From contig CAWBZK010000005.1 in NCBI GenBank assembly GCA_963793255.1, positions 76,873-140,872 of the forward strand: a stretch of 64,000 nucleotides of DNA. The letters are read 5' to 3'. The number at the start of each line of letters is the position of its first letter. Positions within the stretch are counted from its first letter, which is position 1. A model generated the notes under the pieces. It searched no databases. It saw nothing but the letters and a program-made list of their open reading frames with translations, and was not told the DNA's origin. The stretch comes from an uncultured Acidobacteriota bacterium (lineage in GTDB: Bacteria > Acidobacteriota > Vicinamibacteria > Vicinamibacterales > SCN-69-37). Made by a program: the position numbers and the translations under genes. This document shows positions 62,319 to 64,000 of this stretch, one piece after another.

Positions 62319-62624
62319 GTGAAACACTTCCTGCTCGTCTACGATTACGTGCCCGATTACCTCGAGCGGCGGGCGGCGCATCGCGCCGCGCATTTCGCCC
62401 ACGCCCGCCCGGCGGCGGCGCGCGGCGAGCTGTTTCTCGGGGGCGCGTGTACGGACGAAGGGCCGCCCATTGGCGTGATTGTCTTCAACGTCGCCGAGCG
62501 ACAGATCGTCGAGGACTTCGCCCGCGCGGATCCGTACGTCATTCACGGTGTGGCGACCCGCTGGCACGTTCGCGAATGGACGACTGTCATCGGGCGAGAC
62601 GCCCTGACGGAAGTCCCGTTCTAG
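62319..62624 (+). CDS. YciI-like protein
   Basis: R...RAAH, FARADPY..G. Confidence 0.85.
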   Translation: MKHFLLVYDYVPDYLERRAAHRAAHFAHARPAAARGELFLGGACTDEGPPIGVIVFNVAERQIVEDFARADPYVIHGVATRWHVREWTTVIGRDALTEVPF

Positions 62625-62652
62625 TCACGCAAGCTTTGAAGGAGGAAGAACC

Positions 62653-63639
62653 ATGGCTTCGAGCAGTCGACGCAACTTCCTGCATGCGACCGCGACCGGC
62701 GCGTTCGGCCTGGCCGCGACGTCGGCAATCGCCGGGCAAGCGCCTCGTCCGGGCATGCCCACGGGCAATCTGTTGAGTGCCAAGGACACGAACAGGATTT
62801 CCATCCTGTCCTACTCGTTCCTCGGGCTGTTCAAGTCTGGACGGATGGACATCTTCGGCTACCTCGAGAGCTGCCGGCATCGGTACGGCCTCGATGCCGC
62901 CAACATCTGGAACGGCATGCTGACGAGCATGGACGAGGACTACCTCAAGAAAGTGCGGGAGGCGCTCGACGAGCGCGACCTGACGCTGTGCGTGCTGACC
63001 ACCGACTCCACGCACGTGTGGGATCCCGATCCCGCGTTGCGCGCGAAGAACAAGGCGAACACCCTCGCGCATCTCAATGCCGCGCGCATTCTCGGCGCGG
63101 AGTTCGTGCGGATCGACGCCGGCGGTTCGAGTTCGGGCGACCGCACGTCACCGGCGTCCAAGGCCTGGTCGAACGAAGCCTTCGACGGCATCGTCGCCGG
63201 CTACCGCGAGTACGCGAAATACGCCGCCGATCACGGGTTCAAAGCGGGCCCGGAGAACCACTGGGGCGCCGAAGGCATCTGGCCGAACATGCAGAAGCTC
63301 TACAAGGCCATCGCGCCGACTCCCGGCTTCGGACTGTCCGTGCACATGTCCCAGTGGCAAGGGACACCAGCGGAAAAAGACCTCGCCGATGCGGAGTCCG
63401 CGCCGTGGGTCGTCGCCGTGCACATGGACAACGACACCTGCAACGGACCGCTGGAACAGAAGATGAGCCTGTTGCGGAACGCCGGCTACAAAGGCTGGTA
63501 CGTCGTCGAGAACCACAGCAACGGCGAGAACGAATACGCGATGACCGGCATTCAGGTGGCGCAGGTGCGGAAGGTGCTGCAGAGCTGGCGCACCGGGACC
63601 ACGCCGCCGGGCCGTGGACCCGGAACAGGCTCCGCGTAG
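62653..63639 (+). CDS. Tat-exported sugar phosphate isomerase/epimerase (TIM barrel)
   Basis: SRRNFL Tat motif, ENHWG, GYKGW..VE. Confidence 0.85.
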   Translation: MASSSRRNFLHATATGAFGLAATSAIAGQAPRPGMPTGNLLSAKDTNRISILSYSFLGLFKSGRMDIFGYLESCRHRYGLDAANIWNGMLTSMDEDYLKKVREALDERDLTLCVLTTDSTHVWDPDPALRAKNKANTLAHLNAARILGAEFVRIDAGGSSSGDRTSPASKAWSNEAFDGIVAGYREYAKYAADHGFKAGPENHWGAEGIWPNMQKLYKAIAPTPGFGLSVHMSQWQGTPAEKDLADAESAPWVVAVHMDNDTCNGPLEQKMSLLRNAGYKGWYVVENHSNGENEYAMTGIQVAQVRKVLQSWRTGTTPPGRGPGTGSA

Positions 63640-63653
63640 CGTCGCGCGCCGCG

Positions 63654-64000
63654 CTACCTGAGTCGGAGAATCCCGAACGCTTTCGGCACGTGGAAGTTCG
63701 GCTCGCCGCTCGGGCGCCAGATGTATTGAACGCGCGTGGTGGACGGGCCGGCGAGCCGGAAAATACCGATCCGAAGCTCCCGGCCTTTTTCCGGCGCGCG
63801 CGTGTCGATGGCGCTGAACGGAATCTTCATTTCGCCGTACCAGACGTGTGCCTGCGCGTCGATGCGGGCCTTGACCGTGTAGCCCGAGTTCCACGCCATG
63901 CCGCCCTGCGTCTTCTGGTTGTCGCGATCGATCGCGAGGTCCACCCACTCGCCCTGCGGCGACACCTGAAACTCCTTGTAGAAGCCGATGCGATCGAAGT
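63654..64000 (-). CDS. Carbohydrate-binding family 9-like protein, 3' part (runs off the window)
   Basis: YKEFQVSP, W.GEMKIPF, NFHVP..FG.L. Confidence 0.65.
   Translation of the reverse strand, partial: FDRIGFYKEFQVSPQGEWVDLAIDRDNQKTQGGMAWNSGYTVKARIDAQAHVWYGEMKIPFSAIDTRAPEKGRELRIGIFRLAGPSTTRVQYIWRPSGEPNFHVPKAFGILRLR

Overview
High-GC bacterial DNA. Gene content and repeat style suggest Acidobacteriota, possibly Vicinamibacteria, but this is inference only. About 1.0-53.2 kb is a near-complete flagellar supercluster. It contains a sigma54 activator divergent from a long flgB-to-flgJ operon, then flgM-flgN-flgK-flgL-fliW-csrA-GNAT, and fliC-fliD-fliS-fliT-like on the minus strand. A nonulosonic-acid (probable flagellin glycosylation) operon follows with a stator pair embedded inside it, then a second stator pair, a diguanylate cyclase and a degenerate EAL-HDOD protein. 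Three candidate sigma54 and five candidate sigma28 promoters can be read directly from the sequence. The flanks hold housekeeping and accessory genes: DUF1080, PFK, a Chlamydia/plastid-type glycerol-3-phosphate acyltransferase, ASCH, SGNH+MBOAT, ApbE, CHRD, YajQ, YciI and a TIM-barrel protein. Many genes carry 1-nt indels that often look like two synonymous alleles written side by side, so they are probably consensus artefacts rather than pseudogenes, and boundaries of those genes are approximate. Several families of short-unit palindromic repeats occur. One ~170-bp hairpin is read in frame inside the hook-length ruler FliK. No rRNA, tRNA, CRISPR array or transposase was recognised.
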